Shown in pieces: positions 40,318 to 53,690 of a stretch of 64,000 nucleotides of DNA. A model generated the notes under the pieces. That model ran no database searches, was not told the origin of the DNA, and saw only the letters and a program-made list of their open reading frames with translations. Both the position numbers and the translations under genes were made by a program. Source of the stretch: Vulcanimicrobiales bacterium. Lineage in GTDB: Bacteria; Vulcanimicrobiota; Vulcanimicrobiia; Vulcanimicrobiales; Vulcanimicrobiaceae. How positions within the stretch are numbered: the stretch's first letter is position 1; every line of letters begins with the position of its first letter. The stretch covers positions 1 to 64,000 of the forward strand of contig JBBQQR010000006.1 in assembly GCA_038215615.1 (NCBI GenBank), given 5' to 3'.

Positions 40318-40416
40318 CTAGGCGCGGCGGTTCGACTCTGCGATCCCGCCCATGTACATTAAGAGAGTGACCACCATGCCAGCGGCGGCGATGAGCAGGA
40401 CGATCGTTTCGTTCAT
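40318..40416 (-). CDS. 32-aa membrane peptide (below the ORF-track cut-off)
   Basis: MNETIVLLIAAAGMVVTLLMYMGGIAESNRRA*. Confidence 0.4.
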   Translation of the reverse strand: MNETIVLLIAAAGMVVTLLMYMGGIAESNRRA

Positions 40417-40511
40417 GCCGCCGAATTTAGCCGCCGGGGCCGGGCGTTACTGCGCAGCCCGCGCATCACAGCTTGGCAGGCGGCCGTCAGCTGAGCGCAA
40501 ATTCCTGGCCC

Positions 40512-41213
40512 GTGGTTCACACTGAAGAGCGCATTTCCCACGACGACGGCGCGCAGACGACCTTAGAGCGCTGGGGCGAAGGGGGTCCGGCAATTCTCGC
40601 GATTCACGGCATGACCGGCTCGCGCAAAGCGTGGGAGCAGCTGGCTGCCCACTATGGAGGCGAGGCTCGAATCTACGCGTACGACCAGCGCGGCCACGGT
40701 GACGGACCGCCCGATGGTCCGATGACCCTTCACCGGTCGCTGCTCGATCTTTACAACGTCATGTCCGCGATCCCCGAAGGCGTCGACACGCTAGTCGGGC
40801 ATTCGTGGGGCGGCGCCATTGCGATACTGGGCGGCCGCCGCTTTGACTGCAACCGAGTCATTGCGATCGACCCGATGATTCGCCAGGCCGAATCGTCGTG
40901 GTACGATGCGTTTTTGCGGGACTTAAAAAAGCAAAAACTTCCCGGGAAAACGATCAAAAAACTGCGTGATGAGAACCCGCCGGCGATGTGGGATCTGCGC
41001 GCAGATCTCGAGCGCTATCCCAAACCGTTGCTGCTGGCCGTCGGTGAAGGCCCGGAAAGCTTATTCGCGCTCGACGATATGAAGTTCGTTCGGGAGCGCG
41101 GCGGCCCGAATGTGGCGCTGCGCGTTTTCGAGGGACAGGGACACAACTTGCACCGCACGGACTTCGAGCGGTTCACGCGCGAATTCGATACGTTCCTGGC
41201 GCGCACACCGTAG
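40512..41213 (+). CDS. Alpha/beta fold hydrolase
   Basis: IHGMTG, YDQRGHG, GHSWGG nucleophile elbow, GQGHNLH. Confidence 0.88.
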   Translation: MVHTEERISHDDGAQTTLERWGEGGPAILAIHGMTGSRKAWEQLAAHYGGEARIYAYDQRGHGDGPPDGPMTLHRSLLDLYNVMSAIPEGVDTLVGHSWGGAIAILGGRRFDCNRVIAIDPMIRQAESSWYDAFLRDLKKQKLPGKTIKKLRDENPPAMWDLRADLERYPKPLLLAVGEGPESLFALDDMKFVRERGGPNVALRVFEGQGHNLHRTDFERFTREFDTFLARTP

Positions 41214-41217
41214 ATCT

Positions 41218-42216
41218 CTACGGCAGCTCCATGCCGGCGGTGCCGGGAGGTGCAGCCGGCGTCCAATCGGGAGAACACACGCGCATATAGTCGGCAGCCG
41301 GTGTGGCTTGGCAGGGCGGCGGAAGGTCTCCACCGGTCGGTTCGCTCAAGCCGCCCTCGCTGTGTGTCTGGGTGTCGAAGAGCGCCCACGTATAGCCGCG
41401 ATCGTAACTCTCGTAGTAACGCGACGTGGTCGTTTGCAACCAGTGGTATTTGGGCCACTCTGCGTTCGAGCAGTCAGCCCGGCTCGGACAATCTTGCCAA
41501 CGCCCGATGACTTGGGCGCGCACTATCGCCGCGGTGAAACGATTGCGCGCCGGCGAATTGGACGGCGCCGGTGTATAACGTAGCACGATCGTGAAACCGC
41601 CCGGCGCGGTTTGCGTGGAAAGCTGCAACTCTCGGGTGATGCGCGCAAATCGTATACGCGCGAACGTGATTTGATTGCCGCCCGCCACCCACGGACGCGT
41701 GCGATCAAAACGCACTTCCGCCGGGTGCAGTCCGGCGCCTCGATACAGGTCCGAATACACGGGTGAGCCGGGATCTTGCAGCGCCGTTACCGGATAGGTT
41801 CGCGCGAAGAATTCCTCGACCCCGGCCACCGGCGCGCCGTCCACCATTGGCGCTGCGCCCACTTGCGCATACAGCAGCCGCGCAATGTGATGCTCGGTCT
41901 TGTCGTAGGAATAGGCAGCGAAGTGAGCGCGATTCTGCGCGTCACGGAAGAAAAAATCCACTTCGTGTCCATCGGCGTTGGAGGAGCCGTACGCATCGAG
42001 CGGTGGCGTGAAGATCGCCCATGCGGAATCTCCGTCCGCCTCCAACCGATCCGCCACCCAACCGATTGCGGCCTCTCCCATGCGATGCTGCGCAAGTGAT
42101 GCATTCCAGCGCAACGCCTGAGCTATCGCAGACAAAGCGAAAAACCCGATGACGGTGACCACCGCCACGGCGACGACCGTTTCCAACAGCGTGAATCCGC
42201 GCTGCGGTCGCTTCAC
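41218..42216 (-). CDS. Prepilin-type N-terminal cleavage/methylation domain protein (minor pilin/pseudopilin-like)
   Basis: MKRPQRG|FTLLETVVAVAVV class III signal peptide with Glu at +5. Confidence 0.75.
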   Translation of the reverse strand: MKRPQRGFTLLETVVAVAVVTVIGFFALSAIAQALRWNASLAQHRMGEAAIGWVADRLEADGDSAWAIFTPPLDAYGSSNADGHEVDFFFRDAQNRAHFAAYSYDKTEHHIARLLYAQVGAAPMVDGAPVAGVEEFFARTYPVTALQDPGSPVYSDLYRGAGLHPAEVRFDRTRPWVAGGNQITFARIRFARITRELQLSTQTAPGGFTIVLRYTPAPSNSPARNRFTAAIVRAQVIGRWQDCPSRADCSNAEWPKYHWLQTTTSRYYESYDRGYTWALFDTQTHSEGGLSEPTGGDLPPPCQATPAADYMRVCSPDWTPAAPPGTAGMELP

Positions 42217-42259
42217 CCACCGAAGAGTGCCCTTCATCGCGCTGCCGAAGCCCTCCGGG

Positions 42260-43783
42260 ATGTCGGCATCGCTCGAAAAGCGAGGAACGCTCGTGATCGT
42301 AGCCGCCATTCTCGGTTCTGGGATGGCGCTGCTCGACGGCACGGCGGTAAACGTCATTCTACCGCTCGTCCAGCGCGATCTGCACGCGGGCGCGCAGTTT
42401 GTGCAATGGGTCGTCGAGGGGTACGCACTGTTCGCGTCTGCCTTGATCCTCGTTGGCGGTGCGCTCGGCGATGTTTACGGACGGCGCAGGATGTTCGTCG
42501 CAGGGACGGCACTTTTCGCCGCTGCTTCAATCGGCTGTGCCGTGGCGCAAACGATCGAAGAGCTCATCGTCGCGCGCTGCGTGCAGGGTGTCGGCGCCGC
42601 GCTGCTCGTCCCGGAAAGCTTGGCCCTCATCAGCGCGCAGTTCGATCCGAAAGCTCGCGGCAAGGCGATCGGAACCTGGGCGGCGTTTTCCGCGATCAGC
42701 GGGGCGGTAGGGCCGGTTCTCGGCGGCGTCATCGCGCAGAGTTTCTCGTGGCGCTGGGTGTTCTTGTTGAACGTGCCGATTGGTGCACTCGTTGTCTTCA
42801 TTTCCTCGCGCTGGATCAAAGAAAGCCGCGATGAGTCGGCCGGCCCGCATATCGATTTTAGCGGCGCTGCATTGGCGACTGCCGGCCTTGGAGGGCTCGT
42901 GTACGCGTTGATCAGTTTGCAGGGTGCGCACAACGCGTTTTCGCTCGCGATCGGCGTCGCATCGCTGGCCCTACTCGTGTTCTTCGTCATGTATGAGAAG
43001 CGCGCGCGCTCACCGATGATGCCGCTGCGTTTTTTTGGTTCGCGCGACTTTGCAGCCGCCAACGCGTACACGTTTCTGCTGTACGCTGGTCTAGGCGGCA
43101 GTTTGTTCTTCGTTCCCTTCGACCTGATCAATGTGCAGCATTACACGCCCGTGCAAGCCGGCGCATCGATGTTGCCCATGACGACGATCATCTTCTTGTT
43201 TTCGCGTTTCAGCGGCGCGCTGCAAGTGCGTTTCGGAGCGCGCGCGATGCTCTCGTCCGGCGCATTCGTGGCGGCTCTGGGATTCGTTTTGTTCGCGATC
43301 GCCGGCGAAGGGAAGAGCTACTGGGTGTCATTCTTCCCGGCGTCGGTCGTCTTGGGAATTGGCGCGGCACTTTTTGTCGCCCCGCTTACCGCTACCGTGA
43401 TGAACTCGCTGGAGACCGCTCATGCGGGCGTGGCGTCCGGAGTAAATAACGCGATTTCGCGAGCCGCCGGCCTGCTTGCGGTAGCAGCTCTCGGGCTGCT
43501 TCTAAGCGCGGCGTTCTATCGCGCTTATGACGCGGAGATCGGCCAGGCCGCGATTGCAGCGCAGACGCGGCAGGCGCTGTCGCGCGACCGCGCGCGGCTG
43601 CTGACCGGCTACGTGCCGGCCAATATCGCGCCGGCTGACCGGCCGGTGGTCCGTGCGATCGTCGACCGCGCGTTCGTCGGCGGGTTCGCCTGGGCTATGG
43701 TGAGCTCGGCGGCGCTCGCGTTCGCTGCCGCCGGGATTGCAAAATTTTCGTTCGGGCTTGCGCAAGCGGCTAGAACCGGCTGA
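42260..43783 (+). CDS. DHA2 family MFS transporter
   Basis: LDGTAVNV, QWVVEGY, GDVYGRRR, GPVLGG, WRWVFLLNVP. Confidence 0.92.
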   Translation: MSASLEKRGTLVIVAAILGSGMALLDGTAVNVILPLVQRDLHAGAQFVQWVVEGYALFASALILVGGALGDVYGRRRMFVAGTALFAAASIGCAVAQTIEELIVARCVQGVGAALLVPESLALISAQFDPKARGKAIGTWAAFSAISGAVGPVLGGVIAQSFSWRWVFLLNVPIGALVVFISSRWIKESRDESAGPHIDFSGAALATAGLGGLVYALISLQGAHNAFSLAIGVASLALLVFFVMYEKRARSPMMPLRFFGSRDFAAANAYTFLLYAGLGGSLFFVPFDLINVQHYTPVQAGASMLPMTTIIFLFSRFSGALQVRFGARAMLSSGAFVAALGFVLFAIAGEGKSYWVSFFPASVVLGIGAALFVAPLTATVMNSLETAHAGVASGVNNAISRAAGLLAVAALGLLLSAAFYRAYDAEIGQAAIAAQTRQALSRDRARLLTGYVPANIAPADRPVVRAIVDRAFVGGFAWAMVSSAALAFAAAGIAKFSFGLAQAARTG

Positions 43784-43838
43784 CCAGACATGCTAACTTT
43801 AGGGTGGTGCTGCTCCTTTTGAGCCGGCCGGTTTTTCA

Positions 43839-44168
43839 ATGTCGCAAACACAAACTCGGGTCGTTGTTCTCGACGGCGATTGGGATATCGCCCGGCGTGA
43901 CGAGCTCGAACGGTTGCTGACGCCCGCCTACGACTTCCTGGGCGGCCTGATTATCGACATGCAGGCCGTCAACTACGCCGACAGCACGACTCTGGCTGCC
44001 CTCATCGTGCTGCGGAACCGGCGCCGGAAAAAGGGCCTGGCCCTCCCGAGCCTGGTCATCGGCTCCCGCCAGGTCCGCCGGCTTCTGAGCATTGCCGGGC
44101 TGGGCGAGGCCTTTTCGCTCTACGAAAGCGTCGAAGAGGCCAAAGCCCGCGACGCCTTGACCCCTTAG
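43839..44168 (+). CDS. STAS-domain anti-sigma factor antagonist
   Basis: LDGDWD, IIDMQAVNYADSTTL (phosphorylatable Ser), LLSIAGL, YESVEEA. Confidence 0.85.
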   Translation: MSQTQTRVVVLDGDWDIARRDELERLLTPAYDFLGGLIIDMQAVNYADSTTLAALIVLRNRRRKKGLALPSLVIGSRQVRRLLSIAGLGEAFSLYESVEEAKARDALTP

Positions 44169-44199
44169 AGTCGGAGCCGTATAATAGCCCTCTGTGCCC
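44157..44199 (+). promoter_or_regulatory. Near-consensus sigma70 promoter of rpoC
   Basis: TTGACC (44157-44162), 17 nt, TATAAT (44180-44185), followed by CTGTGCCC. Confidence 0.8.
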
Positions 44200-44299
44200 G
44201 CCCTTGGCGGCCAGCGGCAACGGTGGGACTCCTTACGTGACCACGTGAGATGAGCGCCCTGCGTAAGCCCGGCCAACGCGCGATGGCTCCGGAGACTCC

Positions 44300-48115
<3,816 letters not shown>

Positions 48116-48121
48116 ATCGCA

Positions 48122-48745
48122 GTGAGGGGTCGCGCTGCCGTTTTTGTTCGTTACCTCAGCGGCGACGGCGCGGGACACGTCGGCTGGGCGTTCGAGTACG
48201 ATCCGCCTAAGCTGATTGATTCGGGATCGGTTGAGAATCACACGGGAGGCATCCATGCGGATGCCTCCCACATGGATTTTTGGAACGAACTGAGTTCCGA
48301 TCCCGTCGCGTGCATGCGCAAGAACCAGTACGACGACGTAAAGTTCGTCGACGTGGACGATCCCGACCCCGTAACCGCTTATGAGACGGTGCTCTGGATC
48401 GGGAAACACGCCTACATGGCCATTTTGCGCAATTGCCTCGACGACGCATACGACGTGCTGCGCGCGTACGGCGTCCCCGATCTCGAACCACCCTCCCACG
48501 ACTGGCTTCCGAGAAATTGGTTTGCCCATTTCAACGGTACGCAGCGGCCCGTGGCCGAGTTTGATTGGCACGAGGGTCTTACGGAACGAGCCGGAGGAAG
48601 CCAAACGCTGCCGGCCCCCGATTCACTCGAACCGAAAGCTCCGGATTGGCGCAACCCGTTGCGCACGGTCTTTTCCTTATTTCGGTTGGAACTTTTTCGC
48701 GATTTCTTTCGCGGGCTCGTTCACCGCCGCCGCCGCCGGGGTTAG
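48122..48745 (+). CDS. Hypothetical protein, possible permuted papain-like (His-before-Cys) enzyme
   Basis: GHVGW...YMAILRNC motif order. Confidence 0.5.
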   Translation: MRGRAAVFVRYLSGDGAGHVGWAFEYDPPKLIDSGSVENHTGGIHADASHMDFWNELSSDPVACMRKNQYDDVKFVDVDDPDPVTAYETVLWIGKHAYMAILRNCLDDAYDVLRAYGVPDLEPPSHDWLPRNWFAHFNGTQRPVAEFDWHEGLTERAGGSQTLPAPDSLEPKAPDWRNPLRTVFSLFRLELFRDFFRGLVHRRRRRG

Positions 48746-51700
48746 CTGTACGGCGCGCGCGGCTTCCTGATACGCGCAGAGCAAATTCACCAGCGCCATC
48801 TGTTCGGGCGTCTTGCACGGCGATTCCAATAGGCGGGGGCTGCAGACGATAATGCTCGCGCATTGAGCGCGCGATATCGCGACGTTGAATCGGTTTTTAT
48901 CAAAAAGGAAGGCTGCGTCGCGCGGCAACGTCTGCGAACTCGAAGTCGCCATGCTGTAAATCACGACGGCCGCTTCTTGACCCTGGAATTTATCCACCGT
49001 GCCGACGCGCACGCTGCCGTGTCCCTCCGACTCCAGCAACTCTTTGATGCGGATCCGCTGCAAGTTGTACGGCGCGACGATCAGGATGTCGGCTTGCGTC
49101 ACCGGTCGCGGCGGAGCCGCGCCTATCGTCACGCTGCCCTGCAATAACCGGCTGACCGCGCCGGTAATCCAGGTGGCTTCCTCGTCGGACTTGCGGCCGT
49201 TGCCATCGTGTACCACCGGCGCGAACAGCGGTCCGGCGGCCGCAAAATCCGGTGCGTCGATCGAGTTGGGTTCGGTCGTAGGCGAGTTGTGAAGCCGGCC
49301 TTCGTAGATGTTCTCTGAAATAAAACCGGTTAACGCGGGGTTCAATCGATAGGTCGTATCCAAAAAGACGCCGCGGTCGGGCGGAATCGTGCGGTCGCCC
49401 GCAAGTAAATGCTCTAAGATCGAAAGATCGGTCCCGGCGGGATGCGTCCCCTTCGTCACTTGCGGGAGCTGCAGCGGATCGCCCAGCAGTACGACGTTTT
49501 TTCCAGCCAAGGACGCGATCAAGGCGTCGGCCAGCGAAACTTGCCCGGCCTCATCGATGAAGATGTAGTCGAACTCCCGCACGAGGCTCTCATCCGCCCA
49601 TGCGTACGTCGTGCCGGCGGCCAGCAGGCACAGCTCGGACGTGAGCGCGCCGAGGTCGTCCTGGCTCTCCATCATCGGCCAATCGGTCAGCGCTTCGTAC
49701 CTCGATCCTTCGGTTGTCGCGCTTTCTTTGTGGCAGCCGTGAAAGCGAAACTCCCGTTCTCTTGCGACTTCCTCGACTTTTCGCAGCAAGTTGTGCACGG
49801 CTTTGTGACTTTGCGCGGCTACGCCGACGCGTTTGCCGGCCTGCAGCAGGTCGACGATCGCGTAAGCTCCGGCAGTCGTCTTCCCCGAACCGGGCGGACC
49901 CTGCACGAAGAGCGCGCTCCGACCGAGATTTCCAATGACGCTGGAAACGGAAGCCGGTGTAACGAGCGCGGGTTGAATCGGGGCCGAGCTTTTGAGCGCC
50001 GGCGCGCGCGCGAAGAGCATCTGCAGGGTCGCCGGGTAATCGGCTTGTAGCGTCCCTGCGGCGTACCCTTGCGCGATCCGTTCCATAGCAGCGCGTTTCT
50101 TGTGTTGCGGAATCGGCGTGCCGGGGATGAGCGCGCGCAAGGCGGCCGGCTCGATCGCCTTGGTGAGTTTTATTTTCAGTTCGCGTTTCGCGCCGTCGAT
50201 GGAGACAATTTCGCCGGCCCCTTTTTGCGAGTACGGGTCGTGACAGCCTTTGAACGGGAGTCTGTGCTCCTGCGGCGGGAACGTGTAGGTGTAGACCAGA
50301 TTGCGATCTTCGGGACTGCGCTTGTATGGCTCGATCTCCACGCGCAACGTGAGATTTCCGAGCGCCTCGTCATCATATTCTTGCAGATCTTGCGGGTTCG
50401 CGCAGCGGTCGAAATATTTCCACCACTCGGGTTTGTGTTCGCGCCTGTGATACTGCAGCAGATTGCCCAGTAGCCACCGGGCGCGAAGCTCATCGCTCCA
50501 GCCGCGCAGCTCGGCGGCCGAGTCCGGAGCCGGAAGGCCCTCGAGAAAGCCTTTCTCGAGATCGGTTTGACTGGTTTCCTCCGCGGGTTTGACCACCGGC
50601 GCGCCCCGCCACTCGAGCGGCTCTTCACGACCGGTGTTGAGCTCGTCGCGGAGAACGCGCAGCCATTCCCGCAGCTGGAACGTGGAGCGGCAGTCGTCTT
50701 CGTTATAAGCGCGGATGTCTTCTAAGATGGCGTCGTCGGGCTGGTCGAGCCACGATTCGAACATGACGATCGACTCGTCGCCGCCCTTGACTTGCGTCTC
50801 GCGCTGCAGGCCGTAAAATGCCTCAACTTTTTTGATCGAGTAAGACGGCTGAGAGATCACCAAGCCTTGCCGCACCACCGGGTAGAGATCGACGAAGATG
50901 CCTTGCCGCAGGAAATCGTCAACCTCGCGTTCACGCGACCCGTAACGGCCCATGAGTCGCTTGAGAACGGAAATCTCGTACGAAGCGTAATGGTAGACGT
51001 GCGCGTCCGGGTATTCTTCGCGACGCCGCACGACGAAATCGACAAACGCTTCAAAGGCCGCGCGTTCGAGTGCCGGATCGGTTCCCCAAAAGGCCTGATA
51101 CGTGTCTTCGGCCGGGAGATAGAACCCCCAGAGATATTCCAGGCCGCGGTCGGCGCGGTACAGCGGGTCGCCTTCGATATCGAAGAAGATGTCGCCGGGA
51201 TCGGGTTTGGGGAGCTTCGCGAACCCGCCAAGCTCGTCGCACGGGCGGAACTTGTAAAAGTGTTCGCCTTCCCCGTTTGCGCGGGACGTGCGGTGCAGAT
51301 GCTGCTGCTGCGCCTGATCTTTCAGTCGCTCGAACGCAGCTGCCGACATCTTGTTCGGCTTCTCGACGGCGGTAGCCAGTTGTGCGAGCGTATGGATTCC
51401 GCTCTTTTCGAGCTTGGCGATCTGATCGCGCCGGATGCCCGCGACCAAACTCAAGTGGTCGTCGTCATCGCGTCGCTTCGTGCACTGAGCGCTCCATGGA
51501 CAGATAACGCAGTGAGCGCATTCGAACGGGTAGACGTCGCCGCCGGTCTTGACGCTTTCCAAGAACGATTGTTTCAAGTGCCGGTAATACGCCGCAAAGT
51601 CGGCTAAGAGAAACGGTGCATCCTCGCCGCTCCCGAGCACGATGTGTCCGAACTTCGGGGCGGTGCCTTGCACGCGCTCGACGTGCTCGCTGTAATTACA

Positions 51701-52159
51701 GAGCTGAATGAGGAAATACGGTTTGGGATGCAGCGCGAGCTTCGTGTCGATGACTTCGTAGCTCCAGTCCCAGTGTGCCGATTTCGTCTCGGTGCGCCGC
51801 AAGAAATCCGCGTGGCCCACGAATGTGCCGTCGAAAAATGTGGCCTGGTAGATGTAGCGGACGCCTTGCTCCATGGCGCGTACCGTCCGGGCTTCGGCTT
51901 CGCGCAAGCCGGCGATCGTCTGTTCGGGGGGACGATCGAATATCTCGACCTCCGCTTGGAGTTCGGTCAGACGCCGTAGGTAATGCCGCTCGTGTTCCTC
52001 ACCCTTGCGGGCGATGAGCGCGGTCATGGGGTCGACTTGTGCCGGGCGCTCTTTCTGCCCCAGCGCGACCAGGCGGTCTAGCTCGGTGAGATGGCGGCAC
52101 TCCAGAAAGTTGTTGAGGTCGGAAGCCGAGTAGACGGGGGCGCGATCGATGCGCTGCAT
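48677..52159 (-). CDS. TM0106-family RecB-like nuclease fused to an RNase H-like domain and a DNA2/NAM7-like SF1 helicase
   Basis: GHADFL..YEVIDTK, CAHCVIC, FFDIEGDP, YNEDDC, Walker A QGPPGSGKT, IDEAGQ, GDPLQL, GTVDKFQGQE, NVAISRA. Confidence 0.88.
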   Translation of the reverse strand: MQRIDRAPVYSASDLNNFLECRHLTELDRLVALGQKERPAQVDPMTALIARKGEEHERHYLRRLTELQAEVEIFDRPPEQTIAGLREAEARTVRAMEQGVRYIYQATFFDGTFVGHADFLRRTETKSAHWDWSYEVIDTKLALHPKPYFLIQLCNYSEHVERVQGTAPKFGHIVLGSGEDAPFLLADFAAYYRHLKQSFLESVKTGGDVYPFECAHCVICPWSAQCTKRRDDDDHLSLVAGIRRDQIAKLEKSGIHTLAQLATAVEKPNKMSAAAFERLKDQAQQQHLHRTSRANGEGEHFYKFRPCDELGGFAKLPKPDPGDIFFDIEGDPLYRADRGLEYLWGFYLPAEDTYQAFWGTDPALERAAFEAFVDFVVRRREEYPDAHVYHYASYEISVLKRLMGRYGSREREVDDFLRQGIFVDLYPVVRQGLVISQPSYSIKKVEAFYGLQRETQVKGGDESIVMFESWLDQPDDAILEDIRAYNEDDCRSTFQLREWLRVLRDELNTGREEPLEWRGAPVVKPAEETSQTDLEKGFLEGLPAPDSAAELRGWSDELRARWLLGNLLQYHRREHKPEWWKYFDRCANPQDLQEYDDEALGNLTLRVEIEPYKRSPEDRNLVYTYTFPPQEHRLPFKGCHDPYSQKGAGEIVSIDGAKRELKIKLTKAIEPAALRALIPGTPIPQHKKRAAMERIAQGYAAGTLQADYPATLQMLFARAPALKSSAPIQPALVTPASVSSVIGNLGRSALFVQGPPGSGKTTAGAYAIVDLLQAGKRVGVAAQSHKAVHNLLRKVEEVAREREFRFHGCHKESATTEGSRYEALTDWPMMESQDDLGALTSELCLLAAGTTYAWADESLVREFDYIFIDEAGQVSLADALIASLAGKNVVLLGDPLQLPQVTKGTHPAGTDLSILEHLLAGDRTIPPDRGVFLDTTYRLNPALTGFISENIYEGRLHNSPTTEPNSIDAPDFAAAGPLFAPVVHDGNGRKSDEEATWITGAVSRLLQGSVTIGAAPPRPVTQADILIVAPYNLQRIRIKELLESEGHGSVRVGTVDKFQGQEAAVVIYSMATSSSQTLPRDAAFLFDKNRFNVAISRAQCASIIVCSPRLLESPCKTPEQMALVNLLCAYQEAARAVQLTPAAAAVNEPAKEIAKKFQPK

Positions 52160-52228
52160 GGTTCGAGCTTACCGTGGCATTGTGCCATACGCCTGGCACA
52201 CGGGAGCTAAGGATGCGCGAAGAACAGC

Positions 52229-53086
52229 TTAGATCGGATGGGGCTTGCGGTCGGCGAGTCGCAGGCGGCGCCGCAACTCTTGGCTCGGGACTCGAACGCG
52301 ATCTGCCAGCCGGACCAGCCAGAGTAAGCGGATCGTCCACCAGGTCATATCGACCTCGTACCAAGCCATGCCATGGCGAGCCGAGTACGGAAATGCGTGA
52401 TGGTTGTTGTGCCAGCCCTCGCCGAAAGAGAGGAGGGCGACCCACCAAGAGTTGGTCGAGCGATCGCTCGTTTTGTAGGTCCGGTACCCGAACATATGCG
52501 TGGCGCTGTTGACCAGCCAGGTCGAGTGGTAGGCGAAAACCAGGCGTCCGAAGATGGCCCACACGACGAACGGCCAGCCTCCAAGCGCGAACATGATACC
52601 CGCGAACGCGAGTTGGATCGGAAAATTCAACCGGTAGAGCGCGCGGTAGAAAGGATCGCTCCACAAGTCCGGACAGTACTTCTGAAACTCCGGAATCGTG
52701 CGCGGCACGTCAGGATTCGGTTTGAAGATCCACTCGATGTGCGCCCAGCTGAAGCCGCGGCGAACGTCGTGCGGATCGCCGTTCTGATCGGCATGGGCGT
52801 GGTGCCGGCGGTGCGTCGCCACCCACGAAATCGGGTCGCCTTGCATAGCCAGCAATCCCATGATCGCCGTTGCGTATTCGACCGGCTTGACCAAGCGGAC
52901 GCTGCGGTGCGTCAACGTGCGATGGTAGCAAAGTGTCACGCCTAGCGCGCCCGTCGCGTATGCGACGCATGCTGCGGCGATAATCGCCGGCCAGGTGAAG
53001 AACAGCGGCACAAAAACTGCCAGGGCGCAGAGGTGAATGATTAAAAGGCCTATGCCGTTTGGCCAGTTTGGACGCGCGTCTACCAT
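52229..53086 (-). CDS. Delta-9-type fatty acid desaturase
   Basis: His boxes YHRTLTH, HRRHH, GEGWHNNHH; LVNSATH. Confidence 0.92.
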   Translation of the reverse strand: MVDARPNWPNGIGLLIIHLCALAVFVPLFFTWPAIIAAACVAYATGALGVTLCYHRTLTHRSVRLVKPVEYATAIMGLLAMQGDPISWVATHRRHHAHADQNGDPHDVRRGFSWAHIEWIFKPNPDVPRTIPEFQKYCPDLWSDPFYRALYRLNFPIQLAFAGIMFALGGWPFVVWAIFGRLVFAYHSTWLVNSATHMFGYRTYKTSDRSTNSWWVALLSFGEGWHNNHHAFPYSARHGMAWYEVDMTWWTIRLLWLVRLADRVRVPSQELRRRLRLADRKPHPI

Positions 53087-53128
53087 TTACAGAGCTTTCC
53101 CAATCCAGCTTCGCTTGAAGCGTGCCGG

Positions 53129-53563
53129 TCAGACTAATCCGGCACGGATGGCGTGTACGGCGACTTGAGTGCGCGCCGTCAGACTCATCTTCGCCAAGAC
53201 GTGCGAAATATGATTCTTCACGGTTTTGTCGCTGAGTTTGAGCCGGCTGGATATTTCCTTGTTCGAAAGCCCTTCGGCAACCAAGCGAACGACGTCTAGT
53301 TCGCGATCCGACAATGTTGAAAATGCACGGACGGCGGGCCCTGAAACTGCTTTCAGCGGCGGGGGTAACGCGTCGGGCGCCATTCGTCTGAGCGTATCGA
53401 TGGCCTCGGCGATGGTCATCGCCCGCAGCGTGGCTGCGAGCGAGGAAGTCTCACCTAGGTCGTCGATTTGGCGGTCCAGCTCGAGCAACCGGCCGAGGGT
53501 CCCGGAAATAGTGGGGTCTGGGCCGGAAAAGACTTCTCCGGCAGCTTCTTGAGAAACAGCCAT
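53129..53563 (-). CDS. LuxR-type HTH regulator lacking a receiver domain
   Basis: LSDRELDVVRLVAEGLSNKEI...SDKTVKNHISHVLAKM...RTQ. Confidence 0.88.
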   Translation of the reverse strand: MAVSQEAAGEVFSGPDPTISGTLGRLLELDRQIDDLGETSSLAATLRAMTIAEAIDTLRRMAPDALPPPLKAVSGPAVRAFSTLSDRELDVVRLVAEGLSNKEISSRLKLSDKTVKNHISHVLAKMSLTARTQVAVHAIRAGLV

Positions 53564-53598
53564 ATCCGAACAGGGTACCCGGCAGGCTTGTCCTGGGC

Positions 53599-53638
53599 CT
53601 TACGGACTATAACAAGCTCCTTACAAAGTGCTTACAAG
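53599..53638. promoter_or_regulatory. Phased direct repeats, putative SARP/OmpR-type operator
   Basis: CTTACGG (53599), ATAACAA (53609), CTTACAA (53620), CTTACAA (53631): 10-11 bp period. Confidence 0.55.
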
Positions 53639-53690
53639 AAAGGCCCCGTCCGAGGAGTCCGGGGCGGTCCGCCGTCGTAATGAGAGCGCG

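Noticed and set aside
35234..44299. rpoB-rpoC intervening block as a prophage or transposon
   Set aside because: No integrase, transposase, phage gene or terminal repeats; the content is ordinary envelope and transport genes.
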